A stretch of DNA of 64,000 nucleotides from Candidatus Saccharimonadota bacterium (GCA_026707815.1 JAPOWB010000006.1:3830-67829); one strand, 5' to 3'; positions 52,551 to 63,073 are shown, counted from the first letter of the stretch. Notes: generated from the letters alone by a model not told the origin. Numbers and translations are program-made.

Positions 52551-54233
52551 CTACATTTTAGCAGGCAGTTGAATACCTAAAATATTGAGAGCAAAAACTA
52601 AATGCCGATAAAGGATATTGATAAACCATAAACGAGATGATTGTACCATTATAACTTCATCTAAAATTCTATTTTCTTCGTAATATCTGTTTAATTCTTG
52701 GGTAATTTCTAGAATATGGGTGGTAATTTTGTTGATTTCCAAGGTTTGGCAGGCATCCTCTAAGATATCTTCGAAATGAAGCAATTTCAGAAGCAGGGCA
52801 TGTTCTGGTTGCCAGTCATATTCCGTAATATAGGGTTGAAAATTATTTAATTGAGTTTTATCTAAAATTGCCTTCAATCTTAGAGTTGCATACTGCACAT
52901 AGGGACCAGAAATTTCTGAGGGATTAAAAATTCTATCCCAATCAAACAAAAAATTCCGTTGGCTACTTTGAGAGAATTCTTGAAATGCCAAAGCTCCGTA
53001 AGCAATTTTTTTAATGTCACTGGCGGAAAGCTCCGATTTTTGATTTAATTGCTCAGCTTTTTCGCAAGCAATTTGTAAAACATCCTGCAAATGAATTGCT
53101 TGTTTCCTTGACGACATTTTTTGTCGTTTGCCATCTCTTACCTCCTCTACTAAACCGTAGGAGTGATGTATAAGTTCTGATTGACAGATGTTTGCCATCT
53201 TATTAAAGACAAATAACTGTTTTAAGTAAAACTTTTGTTCAATACCAACGACATAAATAATTTTGCTTAGATCCCAAGTTTTTTGGCGGTAATGCAGTGT
53301 AGCAATATCACGAGTTGAGTAGAGTGTTCCGCCATTACTTTTTTGGATTAATAAAGGAATTTTAATTCCCTGTGATTTTAAATCAGCCACCAAAGAACCA
53401 TCAGCTTGTTCTTCAATCAGCCTTCTTTTTTTTAAATCCTCCAAAAGATTTGGAATAAATTGGTAATAGAATGATTCGGCTAAATTTTCATCAAATTTAA
53501 CATTTAATTCATCCAAAAGAGGTTCTAATTCTCTATATGAAATTTTAGTAAATAATTTATGGTATTGCCAAGCTTCTTGATCATTTTGCTCTAGCTTTAA
53601 AAACCATGCTTGGATTTGATTTTGTAAATCTGTCTTATTTTCTTGTTCTTCTTTTTTGAGGTCTTTATTGATAGCCACATAGATTTTCCCCAGCTCGTTT
53701 AAGCCATTTTGCTTCAAGGCTTTTTTATTGCCATATTTGAGAAATCCCACTACCCATAGTCCAAAAATAGTTCCCCAATCACCAATGTGATTGTCTGTAA
53801 TAACTCTCCATCCTCGAATTTTATAAAGGTTAGTTAAAGCTCTACCTTGAAATAAATTTCTAAGATGTCCAACAGAAGGTGGTTTAGCTATATTGGGGGA
53901 GAAATACTCAATTAAAATTGTTTTTGTTCCAATTTCTTTTTCTCCCAAGTTGAGAGAATTTGAACTAATCCGCCAGAGCAATCTAGCCAAATATTCAGAT
54001 GAAATCCAGAGATTAACATAACCATTAATTGCCTCAGCTTTCAAAATCTCGGGATGCTTAATTTTCTTGGCAATATTGTGAGCAATAACTTGAGGAGATT
54101 CAGATTGCTCTTTAGCTAATTGAAAGCAGGGCATAGCCAAATCCGATTTAATTTGAGGTAATCCAGGCTGTATCAAACTTGATTTCAAGCCATAGCCTTC
54201 CAAATCATTGATTAAGTCTTGCAATAATTTCAT
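52551..54233 (-). CDS. argS: Arginine--tRNA ligase
   Basis: SPNIAKPPSVGHLRN (HIGH-like region), 560 aa, an ArgRS-type anticodon-binding C-terminus ending in M, and DIAT..YR motifs. Confidence 0.9.
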   Translation of the reverse strand: MKLLQDLINDLEGYGLKSSLIQPGLPQIKSDLAMPCFQLAKEQSESPQVIAHNIAKKIKHPEILKAEAINGYVNLWISSEYLARLLWRISSNSLNLGEKEIGTKTILIEYFSPNIAKPPSVGHLRNLFQGRALTNLYKIRGWRVITDNHIGDWGTIFGLWVVGFLKYGNKKALKQNGLNELGKIYVAINKDLKKEEQENKTDLQNQIQAWFLKLEQNDQEAWQYHKLFTKISYRELEPLLDELNVKFDENLAESFYYQFIPNLLEDLKKRRLIEEQADGSLVADLKSQGIKIPLLIQKSNGGTLYSTRDIATLHYRQKTWDLSKIIYVVGIEQKFYLKQLFVFNKMANICQSELIHHSYGLVEEVRDGKRQKMSSRKQAIHLQDVLQIACEKAEQLNQKSELSASDIKKIAYGALAFQEFSQSSQRNFLFDWDRIFNPSEISGPYVQYATLRLKAILDKTQLNNFQPYITEYDWQPEHALLLKLLHFEDILEDACQTLEINKITTHILEITQELNRYYEENRILDEVIMVQSSRLWFINILYRHLVFALNILGIQLPAKM

Positions 54234-54342
54234 CTGTTTGCATTATAACAAAATTCATCTGATGGCATTTAACCAAAGAAACTCAACTATTTCAGAGTTT
54301 TTGGTTACAATAGACTAGATAAAACCAATACTTGTTATTGAA

Positions 54343-54435
54343 GGAGAGATGCAGGAGTGGTTGAACTGGCACGCTTGGAAAGCGTGTAGGGCTTTTCTCA
54401 AGCTCTCGTGGGTTCGAATCCCACTCTCTCCGCCA
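54343..54435 (+). tRNA. tRNA-Ser (GGA)
   Basis: GGAGAGATGCAGGAGTGGTTGAACTGGCACGCTTGGAAAGCGTG...GTGGGTTCGAATCCCACTCTCTCCGCCA. It has a long variable arm and the anticodon loop TTGGAAA. Confidence 0.9.
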
Positions 54436-54506
54436 ATAAAAGCAATTTACATCACATCTATAGAGCTAAATAGTTATATAATTTAAGTCAGAGTATATTT
54501 TAATCT

Positions 54507-55313
54507 ATGTCCTATATTAAGTTAGATAATATTAGCCAAGTTTTTGGTTTCGGCAATACCACCCGAGTAGCTTTGCAACAGATTAATTTGAATATTGAAG
54601 CTAAGAGTTTTGTGATTATTATGGGTCAGAGTGGATCTGGTAAAACCAGTTTACTTAATGTTTTAGGTCTAATTCGCCAGCCTATTCAAGGAGTTTACAA
54701 TTTGTCGGGTCAAGCTGTAACCGAATTATCTAATTCAGCCCGAGCTAAGTTGCGACGGCAAAAGATAGGCTTCCTTTTTGAAAATTTCAATCTCTCACCT
54801 AATCTTAATGTTTTCGATAACGTTTCCTTGCCCATTATTTACAATAGACCCCTTAATTTTACCTCTAGGTCTAATTTAGTTAAAGAAGCTCTAAATCGCT
54901 TAGGTCTTCATAATAAGGAATTTCTATACCCCAAACAGTTGAGCCTAGCTCAAGCTCAAAGAGTGGCTATTGCCCGAGCTATTATCCATAAACCAGATTT
55001 AATAATTGCTGATGAGCCGACAGGGAGGCTTGATTCTAAAGCTACTGACATGATTATGAAGATTTTAAAAACTTTGAATCAGCAGGGGATAACCATTATT
55101 ATGGCAACTCATAATCCCTTTTTAAGCCAATATGCTAATAGATTTGTTTATCTTCATGATGGTTTTTTAAAAGTTAACCAAACTCTTCAGCCAAACCAAC
55201 AAATAGATATAACTAAAATTCAAGAGGCTATCCAAAAACAGGCTTGGCGCCGAAAAAACAAGTCTGCTTCCACTGATCAACTTGTTAAAACAAAAACTGG
55301 ATTAAGAGATTAA
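54507..55313 (+). CDS. ABC transporter ATP-binding protein (MacB/LolD-type)
   Basis: Walker A GQSGSGKTS, signature LSLAQAQRVAIARA, and Walker B LIIADEPTG. Confidence 0.9.
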   Translation: MSYIKLDNISQVFGFGNTTRVALQQINLNIEAKSFVIIMGQSGSGKTSLLNVLGLIRQPIQGVYNLSGQAVTELSNSARAKLRRQKIGFLFENFNLSPNLNVFDNVSLPIIYNRPLNFTSRSNLVKEALNRLGLHNKEFLYPKQLSLAQAQRVAIARAIIHKPDLIIADEPTGRLDSKATDMIMKILKTLNQQGITIIMATHNPFLSQYANRFVYLHDGFLKVNQTLQPNQQIDITKIQEAIQKQAWRRKNKSASTDQLVKTKTGLRD

Positions 55314-55317
55314 AAGA

Positions 55318-56544
55318 ATGTTTTTCAAGTATATCTACACTGCTTGGCAAGAAATTAAGCAACATCCCAGCCGAAATTTACTAGCAACTGTTGAAATTAT
55401 CTTAGCTGTTGCCTGCGTAATCCTCTTTTTTGGCATTACAGCAGGAATTCAGCAACAGATAGAAAAAAATTATAATTTCAGCCAAAGAATTATCACCTTA
55501 CATTCAGGTCAGTCAGTTGTTCGTGATGTCGAGGGTCAAATTACTGAATATAACATTGCTCACAGTATTGGAGCTGAGCCTAATTTAACAAAGGCTGACT
55601 GGCAAGTTTTAAGAGAACATCCAGAAATTGAGGTCACAGCTCCGATTGTTAATCTTCACGCCCCCATTAGTAATGCTGAGGGTACTTTAATGGGTAATAG
55701 TCATGTGATTGGTACTGATGAAAATCTAATTTCGGTTTTAGGGCAATCTCTTGCCTATGGCAATAATGCTTTAGATAGCCATGCTCGGACAGCAATTATT
55801 GGCAATGAGGTTGCTAGAGAATTGTTTAATAATTCACAACCTATTGCTCATGAGATTAAAATCGCTAATCAGACATTTATCGTCACGGGTGTTTTAGAAT
55901 CAATTGACCAGTTGAATCTTTTTAATTTGGATGTTAATTACAATCGATCAGTTTTGATCTCTTTGGAGGCTGTCAATGGTTTGAAATCTCAACCAGCAGA
56001 AGATATTTCAATGTCTAAAATTTTAGCTTTAAGCTATCAGCTACCATCAGATCAGGCTTTGCAAGACATAGATGAAGAGATTTTAATCAACCATAATCAA
56101 CGAGATTTCAGTTTATATCGTAATAGTGAACTGTTGCCTCTTTTAGATTCTATTCTTCAATTTCTGAAAACCTTAGCCATTGTTTTGGTCATTGTATTTT
56201 TAGGAGTCGGAGGTTTTAGCTTGATGATTGCTTTGCAGTCTAGTTTAAGGCAAAGACGGATAGAGATTAATGTCAGAAAAATAGTCGGAGCGACTAATTT
56301 TCAGATTTTATATCAGATTATCATCGAAGCTACCGTTTTAAGTGTGTTGGGTGGATTTCTGGGCATTATTTTGGGTATTATGATCAGCATTTTCATTAGT
56401 TATTTAAGCCCAGTAGAGATTGTTTTACATCTAGATAGTTTAGCTTATGTCATTATTTCCATGCCAGTTTTAGGACTTATCTTCGGTCTGTATCCTGCCC
56501 TACAAGCCTCATCCCAAAATCCAGATCAACGTATTTATGAGTAG
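55318..56544 (+). CDS. ABC transporter permease (FtsX/MacB-type, 4 TM with a large periplasmic loop)
   Basis: TM1, a loop of about 230 aa, then three C-terminal TMs containing an FtsX-like motif (RRIEINVRKIVGAT). It follows the ATPase gene after 4 nt. Confidence 0.8.
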   Translation: MFFKYIYTAWQEIKQHPSRNLLATVEIILAVACVILFFGITAGIQQQIEKNYNFSQRIITLHSGQSVVRDVEGQITEYNIAHSIGAEPNLTKADWQVLREHPEIEVTAPIVNLHAPISNAEGTLMGNSHVIGTDENLISVLGQSLAYGNNALDSHARTAIIGNEVARELFNNSQPIAHEIKIANQTFIVTGVLESIDQLNLFNLDVNYNRSVLISLEAVNGLKSQPAEDISMSKILALSYQLPSDQALQDIDEEILINHNQRDFSLYRNSELLPLLDSILQFLKTLAIVLVIVFLGVGGFSLMIALQSSLRQRRIEINVRKIVGATNFQILYQIIIEATVLSVLGGFLGIILGIMISIFISYLSPVEIVLHLDSLAYVIISMPVLGLIFGLYPALQASSQNPDQRIYE

Positions 56545-56694
56545 TTTTTTAAGAGCATAAAACTAACGTTTAGGCAATCCAGTTTTTCTGAGACTTCATC
56601 TCAAAATCTATAAAAGACTTGTTTTTTCTCTTTGAGCTTTGCATAATATAGGGTATAAGCATAAGCAAAATATTGATAAGGGAGTGGGTGCAAA

Positions 56695-57096
56695 ATGAAT
56701 CTAAATAATCAAAAGTCAGCTGTCGATTTACCCGATGAGCTAGATGTTGCTACAGAAGATTCCAATACAGAGGATTCTATTTCACCGTTGGCAGGCATTA
56801 AGCCAGATACTGATAAGACTTTTGATCGGATTGTCAGCAATTCAGAGACTCCCAAAAATCAAGAATTATCTAATTTAAAGCAAAAGGCTTTAGAGCAATT
56901 AGTGCCTTTGGTAGATAACTTGGAACAGTCTCCGGATCAATACTTTAGAACTTTAATGATGATTATTCAGGAAACTGGCAATACAACTATGTTGGATCGA
57001 GCCTATGAGACAGTTTTGAAGTTTGATGACGACAAAGAAAGAGCTCAGGCTCTTCTAACCATTGCGAATGAGATTAGCTATTTAATGTCTAAATAG
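56695..57096 (+). CDS. Hypothetical soluble acidic protein
   Basis: 133-aa ORF preceded by GGGAGTGGG and followed by a terminator-like hairpin. Confidence 0.35.
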   Translation: MNLNNQKSAVDLPDELDVATEDSNTEDSISPLAGIKPDTDKTFDRIVSNSETPKNQELSNLKQKALEQLVPLVDNLEQSPDQYFRTLMMIIQETGNTTMLDRAYETVLKFDDDKERAQALLTIANEISYLMSK

Positions 57097-57101
57097 AAAT
57101 A

Positions 57102-57152
57102 CCCCCTCCTGTTTCTTTTATGGAAACAAAGAGGGGGATTTCTGTGTTTTTT
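57102..57152 (+). terminator. Terminator-like hairpin between convergent genes
   Basis: CCCCCTCCTGTTTC-TTTTATG-GAAACAAAGAGGGGG forms an interrupted stem and is followed by TTTCTGTGTTTTTT. Confidence 0.45.
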
Positions 57153-57179
57153 ATCTGTTATTCTTTCTCTTTTAAAATC

Positions 57180-57647
57180 TTATTTTCTGAAAGATTGTTT
57201 TGAAAGTTGACCTAAAAGAGCATGCCAGCCACTAACTCCGACAATTAGAAGAACTAAGCCTAGTGCAGTTACCCATGTTACATCATCTAACAAGCCTGTT
57301 TCAGTTAATTCTTCAGGGGTTGGGGGAGTAGCTTCTGACTTTTCAGCAGTATCACTAGTTTCAACTACGGCAACGGTTGTTTCAGTTGCAGTTTCTACTT
57401 CATCAACGACAGTTTCACTGCTTGAGACGGGCTGTTGATCATCGCCATCGTCCTGCCATATCCAGCGACCAACTAAGAAAAGAGCTAGAATAATACCAAC
57501 AACAACTAGGGCTTTGCCAAGACTGACAAGAAAATCTTTAGTCGGAGTAATTTCTTTATCTTTGAGGGTTTTCTTTAATTCTTCTGGTGATACCATACCA
57601 CCTTGAGCTTTGTCCTTTTCAGGATTACGTTTAAATAAACTATTCAT
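57180..57647 (-). CDS. Hypothetical membrane protein (two TM segments, acidic T/E-rich linker)
   Basis: 155-aa ORF with TM segments ALVVVGIILALFLVGRWIW and VTALGLVLLIVGVSGW. Confidence 0.4.
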   Translation of the reverse strand: MNSLFKRNPEKDKAQGGMVSPEELKKTLKDKEITPTKDFLVSLGKALVVVGIILALFLVGRWIWQDDGDDQQPVSSSETVVDEVETATETTVAVVETSDTAEKSEATPPTPEELTETGLLDDVTWVTALGLVLLIVGVSGWHALLGQLSKQSFRK

Positions 57648-57912
57648 AATTTTTTAATAAATATAATTAACAAACCCACCTCTTGATTGGCTAAATATAA
57701 ACAAAGCAAATCAATGTATTAGCAATTATATTACCATCTTTTTGCATTAAATACAAATTAAACTTTGAGCCAGCCACTAATCTTGGGATGATAAAAATGA
57801 TGTAATTCTTTCAGTTTTTATCTGTAGTAGAAGAATTCTGTTTCTTTTGCCCAAGACAATCATTGAAAAGGGTAGGATGCTGCTGTTGAAAAATTATTAA
57901 TTCTTTTATCTT

Positions 57913-59574
57913 CTACATTCCCATGCCGGGCATACCGCCTCCAACTGGGGTATCAGCGGGGGCATTCTTATCAGGGATATCAACGATCAAAGCTCCCATT
58001 GTTGCACTGGTGCCAGCGATAGAAACAGCATTTTGAATAGCTTCTCGGACTACTCGCACCGGATCAATAATTCCAACTTTTTTCATGTTGACCAGTTTCA
58101 TATTTTCAGACTGGCTAACATCAATGCCTTGCTCTATGTCTTTTTGTTCTAAAATTTTCGGCAACCATTCGTCGGCGTTAAGTCCGGCATTGTCTAAGAT
58201 AATACGGAATGGTTGACGGAGGGTGGTTTTGAGTAAATTAAATCCAGCCTTGATAGTATCCGAATCAGATTCTACTTCTTGGATATGTTCGGCTACATCT
58301 ATTAAAGTTACTCCACCACCGGGCACTATACCCTCATCTAAAGCAGCTTTGACTGCATGGACTGCATCATCAACCCTGAATTTTTTTTCTTCAATTTCTG
58401 TTTCGGTTGCTCCGCCAACTTTTATGACTGCTACCTTACCCTGCAAAGAAGCTCCTCTTTTAAGATATTCTTCTTTATCATATTCGCTGGAAGCGATGTT
58501 GGCTTGGCTTTTAATCTGAGCAATTCGATTTTTAATTTCAACCAAATCTCCGCTACCTTCGATCAAAGTGGTTTCATCTTTATTAACAATTACTCGGCGA
58601 GCTGAGCCTAAATGTTCTATTTCTACGGCTTCTAGACTGTATCCTTGTTTATCAGTAATCAGAGTTCCACCAGTTAAAATAGCGATATCTTCTAGAACTT
58701 CAATTCGTCGATCACCAAAAGCTGGAGCTTTGATAGCAACTGTATTAAAAACTCCCTTAAGTTTATTTAAAACTAAAGTCCCCAAAGCTTCACCATCAAC
58801 ATCTTCGCCGATAATGACTAAGTTTTTCTTACCAGCTGTAGCTAATTTTTCGATAATCGGCAAAATTTCTTTAACACTACTAATTTTTTTATCAGTGATT
58901 AAAATTGAGGGTTTATCATAGACAGCTTCCATTCGGGATGTATCGGTGACCATATATGGGCTGATAAAACCTTTGTCAAAGGTAAAGCCTTCAACAACAT
59001 CGCTTTCTAGCTGTAAGCTCTGCCCCTCTTCAACAGTTACAACCCCATCTTTGCCAACCTGATCCATGACATCAGCAATCAGATTACCAATGCTTTCATC
59101 TCCAGCTGAAATTGTCGCAATTTGAGCTACTTTTTTCTTATCCGTTCCAATATCTTCTCTTAAACTTTGCAATCTCTTTAGAGCAGAGCTAGAAGCTTTT
59201 TCTAATCCTTTTCTAAGTTGCATAGGGTTGTGACCAGCGCTAATCAATTGGTTGGCCTCCTTTAAAATATGATAGGTTAAAACTGTGACAGTTGTTGTTC
59301 CATCCCCAGCGACATCATTCATCTTCGAGGCGGCTTGTTTGATTAATTCTGCTCCAGTTTTATGTCCATAGTTTTCTTCCCCATCTTCAGACAAATCAAA
59401 TCCCTTAGCTACAGTTACTCCATCATGGGTAATAGTTGGAGCACCAAAGCTTTTGTTAATGATGACATTCCGTCCTTTTGGACCCATAGTTGTTTTGACT
59501 GCATTATAAAGTTGCTCCGCTCCAGCCAGTAAGCGAGACCGAGCATCATTATCATAAAAAATTTGTTTAGACAT
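57913..59574 (-). CDS. groL: Chaperonin GroEL (60 kDa)
   Basis: AARSRLLAGAEQLYNAVKTTMGPKGRNV, DGTTT, and a C-terminal GGMPGMGM tail. Confidence 0.97.
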   Translation of the reverse strand: MSKQIFYDNDARSRLLAGAEQLYNAVKTTMGPKGRNVIINKSFGAPTITHDGVTVAKGFDLSEDGEENYGHKTGAELIKQAASKMNDVAGDGTTTVTVLTYHILKEANQLISAGHNPMQLRKGLEKASSSALKRLQSLREDIGTDKKKVAQIATISAGDESIGNLIADVMDQVGKDGVVTVEEGQSLQLESDVVEGFTFDKGFISPYMVTDTSRMEAVYDKPSILITDKKISSVKEILPIIEKLATAGKKNLVIIGEDVDGEALGTLVLNKLKGVFNTVAIKAPAFGDRRIEVLEDIAILTGGTLITDKQGYSLEAVEIEHLGSARRVIVNKDETTLIEGSGDLVEIKNRIAQIKSQANIASSEYDKEEYLKRGASLQGKVAVIKVGGATETEIEEKKFRVDDAVHAVKAALDEGIVPGGGVTLIDVAEHIQEVESDSDTIKAGFNLLKTTLRQPFRIILDNAGLNADEWLPKILEQKDIEQGIDVSQSENMKLVNMKKVGIIDPVRVVREAIQNAVSIAGTSATMGALIVDIPDKNAPADTPVGGGMPGMGM

Positions 59575-59593
59575 ATTTAAATTCTCCTCTTTC

Positions 59594-59863
59594 TTAATTA
59601 ATGGTTGCCAAGATTTTTTCTTCCTTAACTAAGACGTAATCTTGGTCTTGATGTTTAATATCTGTACCAGAATAACTTTCATAAATAATAGTCTCTCCGA
59701 CTTTAATATTTTTAACATTAGTACCAATAGCCACTACAGTTGCTGTTTTTGGTTTTTCAGTAGCGTTCTCGGGTAAATATAGACCACTAGCAGTAGTGGT
59801 TGGGGCAACATCTATAGTCGCCAAGACTAATTTATCGAGAGGTTTAATACTGACTTTATTCAT
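59594..59863 (-). CDS. groS: Co-chaperonin GroES (10 kDa)
   Basis: MNKVSIKPLDKLVLA...GLYLPE...VVAIG. I prefer the second ATG (59863) because the first ATG (59875) lies inside the predicted -10 hexamer. Confidence 0.9.
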   Translation of the reverse strand: MNKVSIKPLDKLVLATIDVAPTTTASGLYLPENATEKPKTATVVAIGTNVKNIKVGETIIYESYSGTDIKHQDQDYVLVKEEKILATIN

Positions 59864-59901
59864 AATGTCACTCATTATACTAGAGTGCCAATTGATGTCA
59901 A
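59864..59901 (-). promoter_or_regulatory. groES promoter (TTGACA-16-TATAAT) overlapping a CIRCE-like inverted repeat
   Basis: The minus strand reads TTGACA-tcaattggcactctag-TATAAT-gagtgacatt-ATG. Embedded is TTGGCACTC-N9-GAGTGACAT, against the CIRCE consensus TTAGCACTC-N9-GAGTGCTAA (8/9 and 6/9 matches). Confidence 0.45.
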
Positions 59902-60130
59902 ATTAACAGATATAAGGGGATTATAAATCCCATGGGGATAGAATCAAATAGCGCCAAGAATTGTCAATAATAAGACAGTTGCTTAATCTGGGGAAGTATT
60001 TGAGGCATTCTATTGGGCTTCAGATATTTAAAAGTTTGGATTTAATTCTGTAATTCGGGTTATAAATTCATTGTCGGCGGTAACTCACAAGATCCAAGAC
60101 ATGAAATGTTATATACTGTAAATAGATATT

Positions 60131-60370
60131 ATGGCAAATCATAATAGTGGTTATTCAGTAGGTCACATGATTTTAGATATAGTGATTGTGATTGCAGTGG
60201 GTTCCATTCTTTTTGGTGTATTTCTCGCTCCTCTTTTAATTGCCGGACATATTTTTGCTAGCAAGGGTAAAAAATCTAATAACCAGTTTTGGATAAGCAG
60301 AGGCAGAACACTATATATTGCTAGCTGGGTTATGATTGCATTAGGTATTATTGTCCGCGTTTATCTATAA
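60131..60370 (+). CDS. Small hypothetical membrane protein (3 TM)
   Basis: 79-aa hydrophobic ORF with no recognisable family. Confidence 0.35.
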   Translation: MANHNSGYSVGHMILDIVIVIAVGSILFGVFLAPLLIAGHIFASKGKKSNNQFWISRGRTLYIASWVMIALGIIVRVYL

Positions 60371-60404
60371 TCCAAAATAGAGGATTAACATTTAGCAAGA
60401 AATC

Positions 60405-61751
60405 TTATTTAGTTTTGCTATTATGATCTGATTGTTTTAAATATTGTCGGAGCAGTTTGCGAGTTTCAGTAATTTCATCCCAAGGATCATCTCCCCCAGC
60501 TCTTGCGAGGCTTTTTTCATGACCTTTGCCTAAAAGTAAAACCATATCTAGTTTTGAAGTAGCTAAATTAATAGCCTTACGAATGGCTTGACGACGATTT
60601 TCTATCAAGAAAACTGTTTCATTTAGGTGTTTACCCTGTGATTCAACACCTTTCAAAATATCGTCAGCGATTACTTGATAACCTTCATCTCGAGGATCAT
60701 CTTCAGTAATAATAATTAAATCAGCATATTTACCAGCAATTGTTCCCATCGGCTGTCTTTTAACTTTGTCTCTTCTGCCGGCTGAACCAAAAACAGCGAT
60801 TAGTTTGCCCTTGACCAAAGGTCTGAGATCTCGAAAAATCTTTAGGAAACTATCAGGAGTATGAGCAAAATCAATAATGACTGAAAAAAGTTGTTGTTCA
60901 TCAAGGCTAATCATTCGACCTTCAACTTCTTTCAAATTAGCTAGCCCAAGCTCTATATTTTTTTTATTCACTCCAATAGCTCGAGCAGATAGAATTGCCG
61001 CCATGGCATTTTCAACATTAAAACTGCCTGGCAGATTACAAACAATATCGTAGTTATCATTTTGAATTTTAATTGTAAATCGGCTACCAGTTGCCATAAG
61101 TTTTAAATTGCTGGGTCGGGCGATAGTTTGATCATTGTCAGTTATTTGACTGTAGCCAACAACATTTTTAATAGCCTCGGCAAAGTGAATAGCTTGTTCG
61201 TCATCGCTATTGATTATGCCTAAACGATAGCCAGCTTTATTGCGATTAGCCATTTTAAAGAGTTTCAATTTGGCTTTTAAATAGTTAGTAAAAGTTTTGT
61301 GATAATCGAGATGATCATGAGTAATGTTGGTCATAACAGCAATGCTGATTGGAATACCCAAAATACGAAATTGTGCTAAAGCTTGAGAAGTAACCTCTAA
61401 GACTAACCAATCTAACCCTTGTTGTTTCATGGTTTTGATTCTATTTAAAATAACTTCAACTGGATCAGTAGTCATATGAGAAGTCTGAGACTTTAGGTCG
61501 TTATTTAAGCCATGTGCTACCGTCGTCATCAGACCAACATTATAGCCAGCCTGACAAAGAATGCTGTGAATCATGAAGCAAGTTGTAGTTTTGCCATTTG
61601 TACCCGTTACTCCAATAACTTTTAAGTTGCGAGCAGGAAATTTACGCTTCAAATTAGCTGTTAAGGCAACTCCATAATGCTTTGGTATGACGGCTTTATC
61701 ATAAATATTGCCAAAAGTTTTCTTAGCAATTTTTTGGGCGACTTTCTTCAT
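60405..61751 (-). CDS. murE: UDP-N-acetylmuramoyl-L-alanyl-D-glutamate--diamino-acid ligase (MurE)
   Basis: GVTGTNGKTTT P-loop, TNITHDHLDYHKTFTNYLKAKLKLF, DFAHTPDS, and a GKGHE-type C-terminal motif. Confidence 0.85.
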   Translation of the reverse strand: MKKVAQKIAKKTFGNIYDKAVIPKHYGVALTANLKRKFPARNLKVIGVTGTNGKTTTCFMIHSILCQAGYNVGLMTTVAHGLNNDLKSQTSHMTTDPVEVILNRIKTMKQQGLDWLVLEVTSQALAQFRILGIPISIAVMTNITHDHLDYHKTFTNYLKAKLKLFKMANRNKAGYRLGIINSDDEQAIHFAEAIKNVVGYSQITDNDQTIARPSNLKLMATGSRFTIKIQNDNYDIVCNLPGSFNVENAMAAILSARAIGVNKKNIELGLANLKEVEGRMISLDEQQLFSVIIDFAHTPDSFLKIFRDLRPLVKGKLIAVFGSAGRRDKVKRQPMGTIAGKYADLIIITEDDPRDEGYQVIADDILKGVESQGKHLNETVFLIENRRQAIRKAINLATSKLDMVLLLGKGHEKSLARAGGDDPWDEITETRKLLRQYLKQSDHNSKTK

Positions 61752-61927
61752 TATTTAGCTATTCTATACTAAAGTCATATTTGTAAATGCTACATTCCCT
61801 TAATTAAGAGCTAAATCAAGCTGACAAAACCCCTAAATTCCCAGCAGTCGCTTATATTGTTTTATTAAGGATGAAGAAGGGGAGAATTCTTGTTTAGTAG
61901 AATTAACATTAGAAAATTATATTTAGA

Positions 61928-62983
61928 ATGAAAATTTTAGGCATTGAAACTAGTTGTGATGAAACGGGTATAGCTGTTGTCGAGAATGGTCAGAGGTTAT
62001 TGGGGCATGTTGTCTTAAGTCAGATTGATATTCATCAAGCTTTCGGGGGAATTGTTCCTGAAGTTGCTGCTCGGAGTCACCTTGAAGCTATTATTCCTAT
62101 TTGTCAGCAAGCTTTAGATGAAGCTCATCTGACTTGGGCGGAGATAGATGGTATAGGTGTTACTTATGGAGCAGGTTTGGCAGGTAGTCTACTAGTCGGA
62201 GTTTTGACAGCTCAAGTTCTAGCTGTCACTAAGAATAAGCCTCTTTATGCTTGCAACCATGTTGAGGGGCATGTCTATGCTAATTTTTTGACTGATTCTG
62301 AAAAATATTCAGTTTGTGAGGCTTTGCCCAAATTTCCTCTATTGGCGCTTATTATTAGTGGTAAGCATAGTCAATTAGTTTTATTCGAAAATCATTTCAA
62401 GTATCAATTATTGGGGCAGACAATCGACGATGCCGTCGGAGAGGCTTTTGATAAAGTTGCTAGATTGTTGGGTCTACCCTATCCGGGTGGACCTAGTATA
62501 GCTCAATTAGCTTTAAGGGGGGATGTCCAAGCTTTTGATTTTCCAGATGCTAAATTACAAAATCAATATGATTTTAGTTTTTCGGGCTTGAAAACTGCTG
62601 TTTTACGTCAAGCTCAATTGTTGGCTGGTGGAGATTATTCTTTATCAAGTTTGGAAGTTGCCAAGCATTTAGATTTATCAACTAGAGCCAATCTAGCAGC
62701 TAGCTTCCAAAGAGCAGCTGTTACCACCTTAGTCGACAAAACCATCAAAGCTTATCAAGAATTCAAGCCTCATTCAGTGGTAATTGCTGGCGGAGTAGCT
62801 TGCAATCAGGAATTAAGGCGAATTTTAAAGCATCAGCTACCAATCAATATTATTTATGCTCCCGCCCATCTTTGTACCGATAATGGAGCAATGATTGCCT
62901 GTTTAGCTTGTTATCAGGTGATGGAAAATCTGAAACCCATTAACCCTTTTGAAATTACTATCGATCCCAGTTTATCCATGTAA
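61928..62983 (+). CDS. tsaD: tRNA N6-adenosine threonylcarbamoyltransferase TsaD (Kae1/Gcp family)
   Basis: ILGIETSCDETGIAVV, HVEGHVYA, GGVACN, and CTDNGAMIA motifs. Confidence 0.9.
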   Translation: MKILGIETSCDETGIAVVENGQRLLGHVVLSQIDIHQAFGGIVPEVAARSHLEAIIPICQQALDEAHLTWAEIDGIGVTYGAGLAGSLLVGVLTAQVLAVTKNKPLYACNHVEGHVYANFLTDSEKYSVCEALPKFPLLALIISGKHSQLVLFENHFKYQLLGQTIDDAVGEAFDKVARLLGLPYPGGPSIAQLALRGDVQAFDFPDAKLQNQYDFSFSGLKTAVLRQAQLLAGGDYSLSSLEVAKHLDLSTRANLAASFQRAAVTTLVDKTIKAYQEFKPHSVVIAGGVACNQELRRILKHQLPINIIYAPAHLCTDNGAMIACLACYQVMENLKPINPFEITIDPSLSM

Positions 62984-63073
62984 TCAAACGTCGATCTTAT
63001 TTTTAAACTGAGTAAGCTATTAAGATTTTTGAGGGGAATCCAAGAGCTACTTTTATCATATAATAGGGGAATA

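Noticed and set aside
59864-59875. ORF-track start of groES at 59875 (MSDIMNKV...)
   Set aside because: That ATG overlaps the TATAAT hexamer of the only good promoter. GroES homologues begin close to M-x-(I/V)-K-P-L, which matches the second ATG at 59863.
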